In this document: positions 47,310 through 60,101 of the stretch, piece after piece
How the letters are laid out: each line of letters starts with the position of its first letter
Position numbering within the stretch: position 1 is the stretch's first letter
Position numbers and translations under genes: made by a program
Assembly: GCA_013239625.1 (NCBI GenBank)
Contig: MU054338.1
Span: 5,060,724-5,124,723 of the forward strand
Direction: 5' to 3'
DNA length: 64,000 bases
DNA from: Lama guanicoe
Lineage: Eukaryota
The notes under the pieces: model-generated
Database searches by the model: none
What the model was told of the DNA's origin: nothing
What the model saw: only the letters and a program-made list of their open reading frames with translations

Positions 47310-47790
47310 TTGTGGCAAAACACAGATAATATAAAATTTACCTCTTTTTTTTTTTTTTACCATTTTAAAGTGAACAACTCAGTAGCATTAAGTCCGTTCA
47401 CAATGTCGTGCAACCCATCATCACTACCTAGTTCCAGAACTTTCCCATCACCTCAAAAGGAAACCCTGGATCAACTAGCAGTCACTCCCCGTTCCCCCTC
47501 GCCCAGCCCCTGGCAGCCCCTAATCTGCTTTCTGCCTCTATATACCTGCCTATTTGGAGTGTGTATTTAATACACGTGGAATCATACAATATATGACCTT
47601 TTGTGTCTGGCTTTTTTCACTTAACACAATGTTTTCAAGTTCATTGACAGTGTAGCATGTATTGGTACCTAACTTCTTTTTACGACTAATATCCCATTGT
47701 CTGGAACTACCTTATTTCGTTGATCCATTCATCAGTTGATGGGCATTTGGGATGTTTCCTCCTTTTGCCTACTGTAAGTGGTGCTGAAAC
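47310..47790 (-). mobile_element. L1MB-type 3' fragment
   Basis: GTGCAACCCATCA..TAGTTCCAGAAC..GTGGAATCATACAATAT. Confidence 0.7.
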
Positions 47791-47829
47791 ATTAATTTTT
47801 ACTTAACCTTTCCTTAAGACTCTATGTGT

Positions 47830-47919
47830 TGGGGGGTGAGGTATAGCTCAGTGGTAGAGTGCATGCTTAGCATGCACGAGGTCCTGGGTTCCATCCCCAG
47901 TACCTCCAATTTAAAAAAA
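47830..47919 (+). mobile_element. tRNA-derived SINE with an imperfect TSD
   Basis: A and B boxes. TSD AAGACTCTATGTGT / AAGATTCTACGTGT. Confidence 0.85.
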
Positions 47920-48149
47920 AAGATTCTACGTGTCGAGTAATACCTGCAGTGTTTATTGATGCCATAATCCCCCTTGCCTGTACCTCACCCGGCACTGCAG
48001 ACTCCTGCCCTGTTAGACTGCAGTCAATCCTCAGGTTGGCAAATAAAGTGGCCTCAACTGGGAGTGCCCTGTAAGCCTAGAAAATGCTACAAATGCTCCT
48101 CACATCTTTTGGCATTACTTACATTATCCATTTGTATCAGAAGAGCTAT

Positions 48150-51100
48150 AAGACATCTCAGGGTCCCACGATGGTGAGATCTACTTGTATCCCAAATATT
48201 TCCTCCCGCCCCCCAAATACAAAGCAACAGGTGGGGGAAACAAAGTGACACACATCCATGTCATTGGCATAACTTGAAGCCAGAGAAATGCCCCAAACTT
48301 AAAAGAACTAAGAGGGAAAGAGAAAAATCGTGAATCGCAGCATAAGATTCCTCACTCATCTGTTCCACTCCTGCCCCAAGGGCAATGGAGAAAATCTGCA
48401 GGGGATACAAAAGAGAAGAAATGGAAAGGGAAGCTGAGGCTGATCTAGAACTAGCTCCAGAAAGACTAAGTTCATTCTAAGTCTAAAAATACTATAATAA
48501 CTTCTGAACGAATCAGAATGTAAGCTCTAAGAAAGGGATGAATTCTTCAAAAGGCATAGCTCCTGGGGAAAGTAAAGGTCAGGATGAAGAGAGAAGATCT
48601 CTAATCTATGGCAATTGTGTGGTGAAGAGGAGCAGAAACAAAGGTAGGGGGACAGGGTCATTTAGTATATATTTGGAAGTCTCTACATATTGCAGCCACC
48701 AACAAACCAAAACGAAATCCACGGAGTTAAGTCATGCTGCATGGACATAAGAGGGCGCCATTGAGCTGCATGTATCTTAAAACATCCTTGCTCCGTAACA
48801 AAAAGGAAAGGAAAATAGTAAATTCAGAGAGAGTAATTGGAAAGATTCAGGAAATGGAAATTCACACAAATCAAGGGGAAAGTCCCCTCAAAAAGGAATC
48901 AGGAAATAGAAGAACACTGTAAGTCAACACTCCAAAGAGAAGTTAATACAAGCATTTGAGGATGTGAAAAATCACCGTACATCAAAAATTCAGACACTAA
49001 AGAACCAAGTACTGACGTGGGCAGGGATGGATGAAGAGAGATTTGGGTCAACTGGGGAAAGAAGTGGAAGAAAAAGACAAAATTATCTCAGAGCTGCAGA
49101 ATAAATTATAAAATACCCAAGAGAACATAAACTCAGACAAACGCATCATAAAGGGCATTGGCAACAGCCAGGAAAACAACAAAAAGAGTGACAATGACAT
49201 GAAGAAAGAAATGGAAAGGGGAAAGTAACGGAAATGGAATTTCAGGCACTGAAGGACTAATTTGTGCATTATTAGAGCCCTTGAATAAGGAAAACAAAAC
49301 AACAAAACAGAGCCAATGTTAAAAATCATAATCCCCCCAAAATTCTAGAAACAGAAAATCACCTGAAATTACACATTGAGAGGTTTCACCAGGTACCTGG
49401 GAAAATTAACCCCGATGGACAACTCCATCCAACATATTCCAGTAAAGTTATTCGATTTCAAAGATTAAGATAAAATCCTTAAGTCCCCCAGATCAAATAA
49501 TTTACAAAGTCTTAAGAGTTAGACTGCTATCAGACTTTTCAAAACTAATATTCAAAGCAAGACAACAATTAAAAAAAACTTGATGAATGAAAATTATGAC
49601 CCAAGGATTCGATATTCAGCCCAGTTGTCCTTCAAAACATACAAGTTGAAGAATTCAGTATCCATTGGCCTTTCTTGAATAATCTCTGACAGGGTGTACT
49701 TCACCCAGCAACAAGGTGATTGTTTCTCACAGAGGCATGAATGAGAAATTCTGAAACCCCTTCCGTTGTATTCCTGGATTGAACAAATTAGCAAATATGT
49801 TGTGGATAACAGAGCCTGGTTTCTCACTGTTAGAGAAAGAAGTTACAAATAAGGGGAGAAGAAAGGCTAGAATGAACTCTGTAGTGTCGGACCGGAAGTA
49901 GGGTATTGATAAGATGTCATGGTTTTTGATATGTGTGTACAGAGTAGATACAGGAATAAATATAGAAGGTCAGTGCATGTATGTATATCTGTTAGTACCC
50001 ATGCATGTGTTTCCTAGCTCTACCTCCCAAGAAGACCTAGGACATTGGACACCCCAATATCAAAAGCATAGCTAAACCACAAGGAGATACCACCTCACAC
50101 CCCCTAGGAAGGCTGTCATCCAAAAAGAAGAAAATAACTAGTGTTGGCGAGAGTGTGGTGAAATTGGAACCTCTGTGCATTGCTGGGGGGGATGTAAAAT
50201 GTTGCAACCACTGTGGAAAACAGTTTGGTGATTTTTCAGAAATTGAAAAATAGAATTACTACATGATCCAAGCATTTCACCTTGGGGTATATAACACAAA
50301 GAATGGAAAGGCGGGTCTTGTAGGGCTGTTGTACATTCATGTTCACAGCAGTGTTATTCACAATAGCCAGAAGGTGGAAGCAGCCCAAGTGTCCATCAAC
50401 AGATGAATGGATAAACTAAAGCCACACAGTAGAACATTACTCAGCTGTAAAAAGCAAGGAAATTCTGACACCTGCTACAACACGGATGAACCTTGAAGAC
50501 ATTACACCAAGTAAAGAAAGCCAGACACAAAAGGTAAAATACTGTATGAGTCCACTCACATGTGGTATACTTACACTGGTCAAGTTCATAGAGACAAAAG
50601 GTAGAATGGTGGAAGCCAGGGGCTGGGGGAGGGGAGAACGGGGAGTTAGTGTTTCCTGGGGACAGTTTCAGTTTGAGGAGATGAAAAAGTTCTGGAGATA
50701 GATGGTGTGACAATTGCACAACACTGTGAATGTGCTTAATACCACTAATTGTACATTTTAAAAGGGTAAAACAGAACAACAACTAGCCCACAGATCTTGG
50801 TTCCTAAGCACCATTCTCTAGTAAAAGGCATAAGGCTCCTTGGAGAAATGGTTGATTCCAGAGTTGAGGTGGGGAAAATGTAAAGTGATCCTGGACCTTC
50901 CTAAGAGGAGGATAATGTGTTGGAAGGACACAAGTATCATCCTGAAGGAGTTCTTAATGGCCAGAGATGGAACAAATTGAGGAACAAAATAAATCATGAT
51001 TGTATTGGATTATAACCATGGAATAACTATCCTTGAGTACTTACTGATCTAAATAAATAAGTGATATGTAAATAAATAGAAGAAAAAGGACACCTGTTCC

Positions 51101-51870
51101 TTACAGAAGAATTTCAATGAATACATGTAGAATAATTAAGAGCAATATAAAGTCACCAATAAACACGCAAACACACACACACAGAATTGCCACAGGCAGG
51201 ATTCATTGATGGGTGCCAAAATTTGTGGATAAAAGTCTGATGAGAAATAGGATATTTTCTAAGTCTCAAGGTGTCTCCTTGCAAGATATTTATTCATTAC
51301 CAAGTGGAAATAATTCACTTTGCAATGGAATAACCTGGTGGGTACCCCTTTAACCAGGAAGTTGTGGTGGTTAATTACCATCACCAATAACAGACACATT
51401 GACATCTTGTAATCTGGAGATGAGGCTCTGGGAAGGACATAGCATGACTTCTGTGGTATTTTTGCCCAAAGGGATAATATCCTCCACCTAATCATGAGGA
51501 GAAGAAGGGGGAAAATGCCAAATAAACTCAAATGTAGGGACAGTCTACAGAATAATTGACCAGCACTTGTCAAAAATATCAACAGCATGGAAGACAGGAC
51601 AAGACTAAACTGTCACAGATTGGAGAATAGGAGACATGACAGTTAAATGCTATGTGACACCCCAGGCTAGAAGGACCAAATAAGGTCTGCAGTTTGGTTA
51701 ATAATAGTGTATCCATGTGACTTTCCCGGTTTTGATCACTATACTGTGATCTGTAAGATGTTCACACCTGCCGAAGGTAGATGATAGGATATAGGAACGT
51801 GTGTCTTATTTCCTCAACTTTTTTGTAAGTCTTCAAGTCATTTCAAAGTACAAAGTAAAATAAATAAATG
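48150..51870 (+). mobile_element. Old L1/HAL1-like block (degenerate ORF1-like and 3'UTR sequence) with a nested L1MA/MB 3' end (about 50070-50770)
   Basis: A-rich degenerate ORF1-like sequence. The nested part shows GGAGATACCACCTCACACCC and the ORF2 tail MNLEDITPS..QTQK. Confidence 0.6.
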
Positions 51871-52309
51871 CACTTCTTTAACTCATAATTTTTATCTTAC
51901 TCAATGCCAAGTTTCTTTTGAGTCTTGTGCCTGAGTGGTTGCTCCATCAGCTGACCCGGAGGCAGGGACTCACGTGTAGTTAGTTTATTTGAGGGGTGAT
52001 CTTGGGAAGCAAGAGGAAGGCAGTGGAGACGTGAGAAATGGAAGGGAAGGGAACCAACAATGAGAACGTTAATAAGCAAGCGGTATTGGTGGGCAACTGA
52101 ATCTGAAGACTTGGTCTCAGAGTCATCCTTCTAGCAGGACAAGACAGCTGGAGCATGTAACCACTAACTCTGATCAGTCATTGGGAAGAGCTCTCCAGGG
52201 ACGCGGACGGGACATCAGTCATTCTCAGGCATTCCTGGCTGCCTTGTGGGTGAGCAGGGAGGACTCTTGAGGGTCAGAAAAAGTCTTTATTCTATTTAAA
52301 ATTTTCTCT

Positions 52310-53100
52310 TGGGCGGCGCGGGGGCGGGGCCCGGGCGTTTGTGACGCTGATTGGCTGCGGCGTGCGCGGGGGCGGGGCGCGGGCGACGGCGGCCGCGAGG
52401 GGCGCGCGCAACATGGCGGCGGGCGCTGGCGGCCGGTGAGACGCTGCGAGCGGCACCCCCCACCCTGTGTTCCCCGCGCTCAGCTCTCACACGGTCGTCG
52501 CCCCCGGCCCCCGCCCGATGTGGAGGGGCTGCCTCCGGCTGCGGGACGCGGGGCGCCGCCTTCTGAGCCGGCCCCGGGGCGGCCTCACCGCCTCCGACGG
52601 GTCGGGGCCGAGCCCCCCGCCCCACGCCCGGGCCTACGCGCCTCCGGCCGGTGAGGGAGGCCAGGGCCGAGCCGGGCGGAGAGTGCGCGGGGGCGGGGCG
52701 CGGGCAGCGGCGGCCGCGAGGGGCGCGCGCAACATGGCGGCGGGCGCTGGCGGCCGGTGAGACGCTGCGAGCGGCACCCCCCACCCTGTGTTCCCCGCGC
52801 TCAGCTCTCACACGGTCGTCGCCCCCGGCCCCCGCCCGATGTGGAGGGGCTGCCTCCGGCTGCGGGACGCGGGGCGCCGCCTTCTGAGCCGGCCCCGGGG
52901 CGGCCTCACCGCCTCCGACGGGTCGGGGCCGAGCCCCCCGCCCCACGCCCGGGCCTACGCGCCTCCGGCCGGTGAGGGAGGCCAGGGCCGAGCCGGGCGG
53001 AGGGGCTGGCTGTGCAGGGCGGGGGTGGCTGAGACAGGGTCGCAGGTCAGAAGGGAAGCCCCCGCAAGGGCAGGGACCGCCCCAGGGCGCAGTCAAGTGT
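52310..53100 (+). promoter_or_regulatory. Orphan CpG-island promoter with a putative first exon
   Basis: Very CpG-rich. GC box at 52321, TGACG at 52342, inverted CCAAT at 52350, YY1-like AACATGGCGGC at 52410, donor CCG|GTGAGA at 52435/52436. Confidence 0.7.
52362..53002. repeat. Near-perfect 321-bp tandem duplication (2 copies)
   Basis: Copy 1 is 52362-52682 and copy 2 is 52683-53002. ORF pairs are offset by exactly 321. The only internal difference I noticed is GGGCGACGG vs GGGCAGCGG. Confidence 0.95.
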
Positions 53101-53729
53101 CATGTGTCACGCGTGGCTTTCCTTTCTTCTGTAAGGAAGGTAGATGTCATCCTTGTTTTCAGACAAGGAAGTTCGAGTTCTGGACCAGGACTGCGCCAAG
53201 GTCAAAGAGCAGGCTCGGAGAGGTTTGTGGGATTCGAGCCTCTTCCTCCACATCTGACTCTGATGAGGCTTAGAAGAAGGTAGTGGCTTTTTCATGAAAG
53301 CCTCATCAGAGATGAGAGTGGGAGTGACTCCTTGAGTGAAGAGTGCTAACACCCTCCTTCCATTCAGTTGGTGTATCTGCTGAGGGCAGGAGGCACCATG
53401 ATCTTAGAGACACACATGGCTTCCACCTAGGTGATGTTGACTGTCCAGTGAAGAAGCTTATACTATCCTGATAAAACAATAGCCTGTAACACCCTGTGAT
53501 GAGGGGTGTACAGAGAAGCGCTTACTCCCGTCTTGGGGGTGTTGAGCGTCTAGAAAGGGTCTCCTGGGTGACAGGATGTCTGCTCTGAGTCTTGACAGAT
53601 GAGTCACAGTTCAGGGTAGAGGAGGAGGGAGAGTGTTGGCAGCTAGAACACGTTGAGGTGACAGCAGGTGTGAGAGACCTTGCTGTGACACTGCCTGCGT
53701 TAGGAAATCTGGAACTTCACAGGTGGTTA

Positions 53730-53930
53730 AAAAAATTTTTTTCTTGAAGTATAGCTGATTTATAATGTTAGTTTCAGGTGTACAGCAAAGTGATTCAGTT
53801 ACACATATACATACATACATATTGTTTTCTTTTCAGATTCTTTTCCATTACATGTTATTACAAGAAACTGAGTATAGTTCCCTGTGCTCTACAGTAGGTC
53901 CTTGTTGTTTACCTGTTTTATGTATAGTTG
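53730..53930 (-). mobile_element. L1 3' end fragment
   Basis: TTTCAGGTGTACAGCAAAGTGATTCAG..GTTCCCTGTGCT. Confidence 0.8.
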
Positions 53931-54164
53931 GAAAAGTCTTTAGGCAGCAAAGTGTCTCAGATGCTGGTCAAAGGACGTGTGGGGCTGGTATACCCAGAAA
54001 TACTGTGTGCATCCGTCAGCTTAGATTGCATTGCAGTAACAAACAACCCCCAAACAGCCTAGGACAACAAAAGCTGTTTCTTAGCATACTAATGATCCAT
54101 GATCGTGTGGGCTTCTGATACCCCCAGTCCTTTGTGAGTCTGGGTATCATTTTTTTTTCTTGGA

Positions 54165-54800
54165 GGGGGCCGGTTGGAGGTCCTGGGGATTGAATCCAGG
54201 GTCTAAGCACTATGTTCTACCACTTAGCTATACTCTCTCCGCTTGGGGTAGCATTGCTTCTAAGGCTCTTGAGTGATTCTTTCTTGGCCTCCTGTAAATT
54301 CTCCACATGCAGGTACCAATCAAAACTCGGCCAGATAGTGAATGGGGACCCTCCACAAATTCTTAAAGCTCTCTCTGTGAATTCTAGCCGTTTTGGCCTG
54401 CCTGAATTCCCAACTCTGTCTTCTCCAGCCAGTGAAAGCTCTGAGCTCTGCTTGGGCTTCCCCTCCCTGCATGGCAGCCTGGAAACTCCTGCCAGGAAAA
54501 AAGCTGGGCCAATTGTTGGGCTCACCTTGTCTCTCCCCTTTCAAGGACCACTGCATTGCACTTATTTCTGAAGTGTGAAAAGAATTAATTCATGCATTTT
54601 TTCCAGTTTTCCACCTATTTCAAGCAGGAGGGTAATTCTAGACCCTGGTACTTCACCTTGGCTGGAAGTTCTCATGGGCATATCTTTTGGGGGGGGAGGG
54701 ATAATTCGGCTTATTTATTTATTTAATAGAGGTACTGGGGATTGAACCCAGGACCTCAAGCATGCTAGGCACAGGCTTTACTACTGAGCTACATCCTCCC
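54165..54800 (-). mobile_element. Two tRNA-derived SINE copies (about 54165-54245 and 54690-54800)
   Basis: CTGGGGATTGAAYCCAGG..CTGAGCTA. Confidence 0.75.
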
Positions 54801-55716
54801 TCCTCTCATGGGGATATCTTAATTTCATCTTTGCAAACACCTGCTGATCACTGGGAATTATAATACTTGCCTGAGGAATTTTTCTTGAGAAAGACCATTC
54901 CAGCACTGACTTCGGCCAGTTGGATTCCTGTATCACTTTTGTTTTCAACACAGTTTAATAGTTTCCTTTTATTCCCTCCTTTTTCTTTTTCTTTTTCTTT
55001 TATTTCACTGGCATTATTTTTAATAATAAATTATGCTAGCCTTAAGGTATGAGCTGGGAGGAGTTCTCTACATGCCCAATGTGTGGCTGTAAGTTAGGTT
55101 CTGGAATTCCTTGGTGGATGAGTTCAGAAGCACATTTGCCATTGGGGCTGTGCTATGCCCCAATAGCAAATACATCCTGGCACCTCCGCAGTTTAGCACA
55201 ATGCAGTCATGGCCAAAATACACTCTTGTGGAAACTGTTTCAAGCTGGAGAAGCTACTTGCATCCAAGTGGCCACTGTGGGTTCCAGTGTTGCCAAGGTG
55301 AAAGAAGAGTGCAGGGAGGTGACCACTTGTTCTTAAATGTCCCAGTCTGGAAGTGACATGGTCAGTCTCATCTCAGCCCATCTATTTATCTGGAGTGGTT
55401 CTAACCCACCACTCAGAATGAGTCCCTTGAGCTCAACCTGAATTTGGTTCAGTTCCCTTAGATGCAGACCCTGAGGCAAGGATTTCAGTGTAAGAAGTCG
55501 ATTTGTGGTGTCATTCTCAAATCAGGAGAATGGTTCTTCTTTAAGGAAGACTTAAAGCGTTGGCCTTGGTCTGCCAAGGCTCATTCCTCTTGCTGCCCTC
55601 TGAAAGATACTTCAGAGTTGTCTAAGCCAATAGCAGAGAGAGTTGGGATATTACCCAACTCCCATCTGCCACTGAGATTTACCCCACTCAGCACATCAAT
55701 AAGAAATACAACACAA

Positions 55717-56233
55717 TGTGGTAGGCAGAATTATATCGCCCTAAATATGCCCATGTCCTGATCTCCAGAACTTGTCAATATGCTATGCCACCCAGAAAAG
55801 TGGGAATCAGGGTTGCAGGTAGAAAGAAGGTACCTAATCAGCTGACCTCTTAGAATAGTGAGGGTGCACAGCATTATCCAGGTGGACCCAGTATAATCAC
55901 AAGAGTCCTTTAAATGAAGAACAGGGAGGCAGAAGAGTTCGTGTTTGAGTTGTGCAAGGTGGGAAAGACTTAGTCATTGCTGGCTCTCCAGATGGAGGGA
56001 GGGAGGGAGCCCCCAGCTAGGGATTGCAGGCGGCCTCTAGAAGCTAGAAAAGGCAAGAAAGTGGATTCTCCCCTAGACCCTCCAGAAATACAGCCCTACT
56101 GACACCTTGATCTCAGGCCCATGAGACCCATTTTGGATTTGCAGCTTCCAGAACTATACGATAATACATTTGTGTTCTTTCAAGCCACTAAGTTTGGGGT
56201 AATTTGTTATAGCATCAGCAGGAAACTAATACA
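55717..56233 (+). mobile_element. MLT1D-type LTR
   Basis: TGTGGTAGGCAGAAT..CTAGAAAAGGCAAGAAAGTGGATTCTCCCCTAGA..GGAAACTAATACA. Confidence 0.8.
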
Positions 56234-56714
56234 CGCACCCAAAATAATGGGTTTAAAAAAAAAAACTTATATGAAGAAATCATAAAACTTTACCGAAGGA
56301 CCCTTTTTAAGTTCCTGAATAAATAATGGGTTCATGAATAATGAACAGATAGATAGACAGACATATAGATACATATTTGTATATCTGTATATTCCCATCC
56401 AAAATGACAAAAGAATTCAAAACTGTATCTGGGAAATAAAATACATGGTAGTAGAGAAAAACCAATTGAAAAAAGACAATATCCTAGTGTACAGCAAACA
56501 TTATCATTCAATAAGAAAATATGAAAATGAATATATGTGTATGTATGCATGACTGGGACATTATGCTGTATACACACCAGAAATTGACACATTGTAACTG
56601 ACTATACTTCAATTTTTTTTAAATGACATAAACATATTATCAAACTATAGTAATTGAAACAGTAGCAAAGGAATAGACAGTAAGTTCAGCGGAACACGTA
56701 ATGCAATGTGTGAT

Positions 56715-56720
56715 TTTATT
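56715..56720 (-). terminator. CD209 polyA signal AATAAA
   Basis: TTTATT on + strand, about 260 nt past the stop. Confidence 0.6.
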
Positions 56721-56981
56721 AAGGGGATGTCATGGGGGGTGCCGAGGGTATCAATAGAAGGAATGAGATGGTCTTTACCTATGCAGGATGGGCCTTAGAG
56801 GATAAAGGGGTCTCAGAATCTCTCAGGATCTCAGAGACCTCCGTACAGGAGAAGGATGGGAACTCACTAAAGGGAAAAACAGAAGGGTGTGGAGCCAGAG
56901 AGAAACCAGCAGAGCCCCAGTTGCCTGATCTCTGGGGGCCATGGTGGGGGAGGGGCCAGGGATTGGAAGAGGCAGTGACTC

Positions 56982-59899
56982 TCAGAGTTCAGGGCAGGGA
57001 GTTGAGGGCTTCTCACAGATCCAGGAGTTTTCTGTAACACATCTGCCATCATTCCAGCCGTCATTGTGTAATTCCACACAGTCTTCATCTCCGTGGTTGT
57101 TGGGTTCCCCATCTTTCCAGAAGCTGTGAACCCCACCAGGGCTATGAGGCCCCCTACTCCACCCAGAGCTCACTCCCAACCACCCCCCAGCCTCCACCTC
57201 AGAGGAGCTGGTCCCTGGGCTTTGGCAGCAAATTGCTGAGGACCAGCCAGAGGGTGGTGAGGAATTCAGAGGCAGGGTTTTCAGGTTTTCAAAATGTGGA
57301 TTCAAACACCACCTCCATCAGAACCAGCGCTGGCAAAGTAAATATACAGATTCCTGGTCCCAAATCAGACATCCCCGCCCCCACCCCGAGCGTGGAGGCA
57401 GGACTCTGCATCTTCACCAAGCCCCGCAGGTGATCCGTCCTGGTCCCAGAGTCTGAGCACCCTGGTCTCGGGGGTGGGTGGTTTTCCCTGCCCATTCCCT
57501 CCGGGCCATTGTCATTGGGAGGTCACCTGAGTTGAAGGGAGCTGTTGTCCAGCCACCGCCAGGAGCCCTCATTGTGGTGGTCGCTGAGGCCGATCCAAGT
57601 GGGCTTATTATTTCTGACATACCAAAACTTCAGGAATTTCTGGAGGTGAGGGGCGGGGGGAGAGGGGTATCAGAAGGAATATCCCTGAACACCATCCGTC
57701 CCATGTCTGCCCACATTCCCAAGATCCCCTGCCTCCCATGGAAGTTCTTTCTGCCGTCTAGCCTATAGCTCCTCCTCAAGTTGTATGTGCTCACATGTGT
57801 CTGTAGGCTGTGGATGTGTGTTAATGTGCATACACGTGTGGAAATATGTCAACTTGGGTCTCAGTTCACGTCCATTATGGATGGTCTCAAGGGTGCTCTG
57901 AGTTCTTTTTTTATCTACATGGGCTCCTCTTATCCACATTCTTCTCTCATATGACCTTCCTGAGTCCAATATGGTTCCTCCTCCAGGAAGCCTTTCCTGG
58001 CTGCGTCCTCCCTCCCATCTCTTTTCTCAAAGGGCAGAGGAGGGTGGCAGAAGGCTCTGGTTTGTGTGTGTGTGTTTAATATTTCTTTTTTAAGTGTTGT
58101 TTTTTTTTTAATGAAGGTCCTGGGGATTGAACCCAGGACCTCACACATGCAAAGCATGCACTCTATCACTAAGCTATACTCACCCCCTAGAAGGCTCTTT
58201 GTTGACCCAGCCCCAGTGGGAACCTTGCCCAGCCCACCTGCTCTTCAGCACTGTTGACGATCACCAGTTGGGCCTTAATGTTCCGACAGGCAGAGACGGC
58301 AGATTTCCAGTCACTCTGGGTCCAGGAGAATAAGTAACAATTCCCCTGGAAGACTTCCCAATTCCAGGGGCAAGGATGGCACAGGCTAGCTGGGGGAAGG
58401 GGCGGGGTTGGGACAGAGAGGTCGCTTGGATCCCTGGCACCAGACATCTGCCTCAGATCTTGGGAACCCAGGGCCAGACCTCTGTGTTCAGCTGACAGCT
58501 CAGTCCCCAGGAAACCCATGAGACAGATCACAGCTCTATACTGCCCTCCTCAGAGTGGAAGCCATAGATGGTGGCTCCCAGCCCCACCCACAACCCAGTG
58601 ACATCCTCATAATCTTGGTGTGGATCCCTTACCCAGGGTGGCATTCATCCAGGTCAGCTGCTGCTGGATTCCTTCCAGCTTTGATTGCATCTGCTCCTGT
58701 GCAACAGCAACTGGAGGAAGAGGACCTCAATTATGAAGCACCTACTGTGTGCTTGGTGCAGAGAGGGCGCCACAAGAATGTTACGTATGGAATGTTACGT
58801 AGTGACTCCAAGAGCCCATTATACAAACGAGAAAACTGAGACTTAGAGAATGACTTTCCCAACACTGCCAGCCCCCAGGACCTCATGCAGGGGCCCAGTC
58901 CCCTCCCCCATGCCTGCCTTCTCTCCTTGACCCCTGTGGTGGTGGCTCATCCAAGGGCGTGCAGCCTCAGAGCCCCTCTCCCTCTCCTCCTCCGGAACCC
59001 AGCTTGCAGCCCCTTACCCGGGTTGTGGCTCTCCTGATCATCCCTTGTCTCTTTCTGCAGGGACTGGTGAATCCTGGAGACTACAACAGAGCAGGGAAAT
59101 CTTCCTTTATGAGCACCGCTCGATGCCTGACCCTGGGCCAGGTTCAATTTCAGGGATGCTGAGAGCCTAGGCTCCCTGCACTGGGGGAGGATGAGCTTCA
59201 TTTCACACTAGGAAACAGGCTCAGAGATGGGGAGTAACTGGCCCATGGTCACAGAGAAGGTGAACCCTTGTAAGTTTAGGGACTGTAGGAAAGGACCATT
59301 CCAGGGAGAAAACCCAAAGGGACCCAGGACTCCAAGCCCCCAGCCTCTGACTCACCTTGAACCATGGTGGTCACCAGGAGCATAAGGAAACCCAGTGAGA
59401 TGAAAACCAGGAACAGAAGCAGAGGCGCCCGGGTCAGACACCCTGCAGGATCAGCAGATGAGCAGAGAGCTAGGGGCAGGGGGCAGACCCTGCCCCCGCT
59501 CCACCCATGCTGGAGAGAGCTTCCTAACCGCCCCCTTCCCCAGCTGCCTTCTCCTGCAGCAGCCACCCCAGTACCTGGCAAGCTCCTCCAGCTGCAGAGT
59601 TGTCCAGGGTCTTTCCCAGTCAGTCTCTTGCCCCAAAAAGTCTCCTCTTCTGAATAGGACAGAACACACTCAGTTGAGCTTAGGAGGCTGCTGAGCCCTG
59701 TGCTCAGGACTGCAAGCTGGAGGCCAGACCCTCCCACCTCCCGCAAGGTGGAGGCTGGACATCTCCCCTCCAGCAAGCTGGAGGCCAGACCCCCAACACC
59801 TTCAGGACCTTGGAGCCCTGTCGTCCCCATCACCAACCAGAGTGGGGGTCCAGTCTCACCAGAGCCATCTGGCTCCCTGGGGTCAGACTTCTCTGCCAT
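56982..59899 (-). CDS. CD209: CD209/DC-SIGN-family C-type lectin (ungulate type, short non-repetitive neck), 249 aa
   Basis: Exons (minus): 59899-59860, 59649-59575, 59442-59356 (TM), 59080-59018, 58710-58633, 58389-58238, 57639-57527, 57123-56982. Total 750 nt, GT-AG and in phase. CHPCPWNWEVFQGNCY, WIGLSD, EPNN, WND. Exact orthology within the CD209 family is uncertain. Confidence 0.9.
58080..58190 (-). mobile_element. tRNA-derived SINE in a CD209 intron
   Basis: GGGGATTGAACCCAGGACCTCACACATGC..AAGCTATA. Confidence 0.8.
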
Positions 59900-59954
59900 C
59901 CTCCTCTCCCCTCTGCTCCTCTTTCCAGATCCTCTCTGAAATGTGGTTTTTTTT

Positions 59955-59960
59955 CTTATA
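59955..59960 (-). promoter_or_regulatory. CD209 TATA box
   Basis: TATAAG on the minus strand, about 60 nt upstream of the ATG. Confidence 0.5.
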
Positions 59961-60101
59961 ACCCCACATATTTCCTTCTGTAGCCCCTCCTCCAATCTGT
60001 TCCTTCTCAACTCGGGGAGAATGAGGAACAGGATGGGGATACCACTTACTTGGAAATATCCGGGGAGAAACGGAGCATCTGACACAACTAAGGCAGAGTT
60101 T

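Noticed and set aside
52296..53096. 266-aa minus-strand ORF with an internal repeat
   Set aside because: Low-complexity Ala/Arg/Pro/Gly product of the duplicated CpG island, with no recognisable domain.
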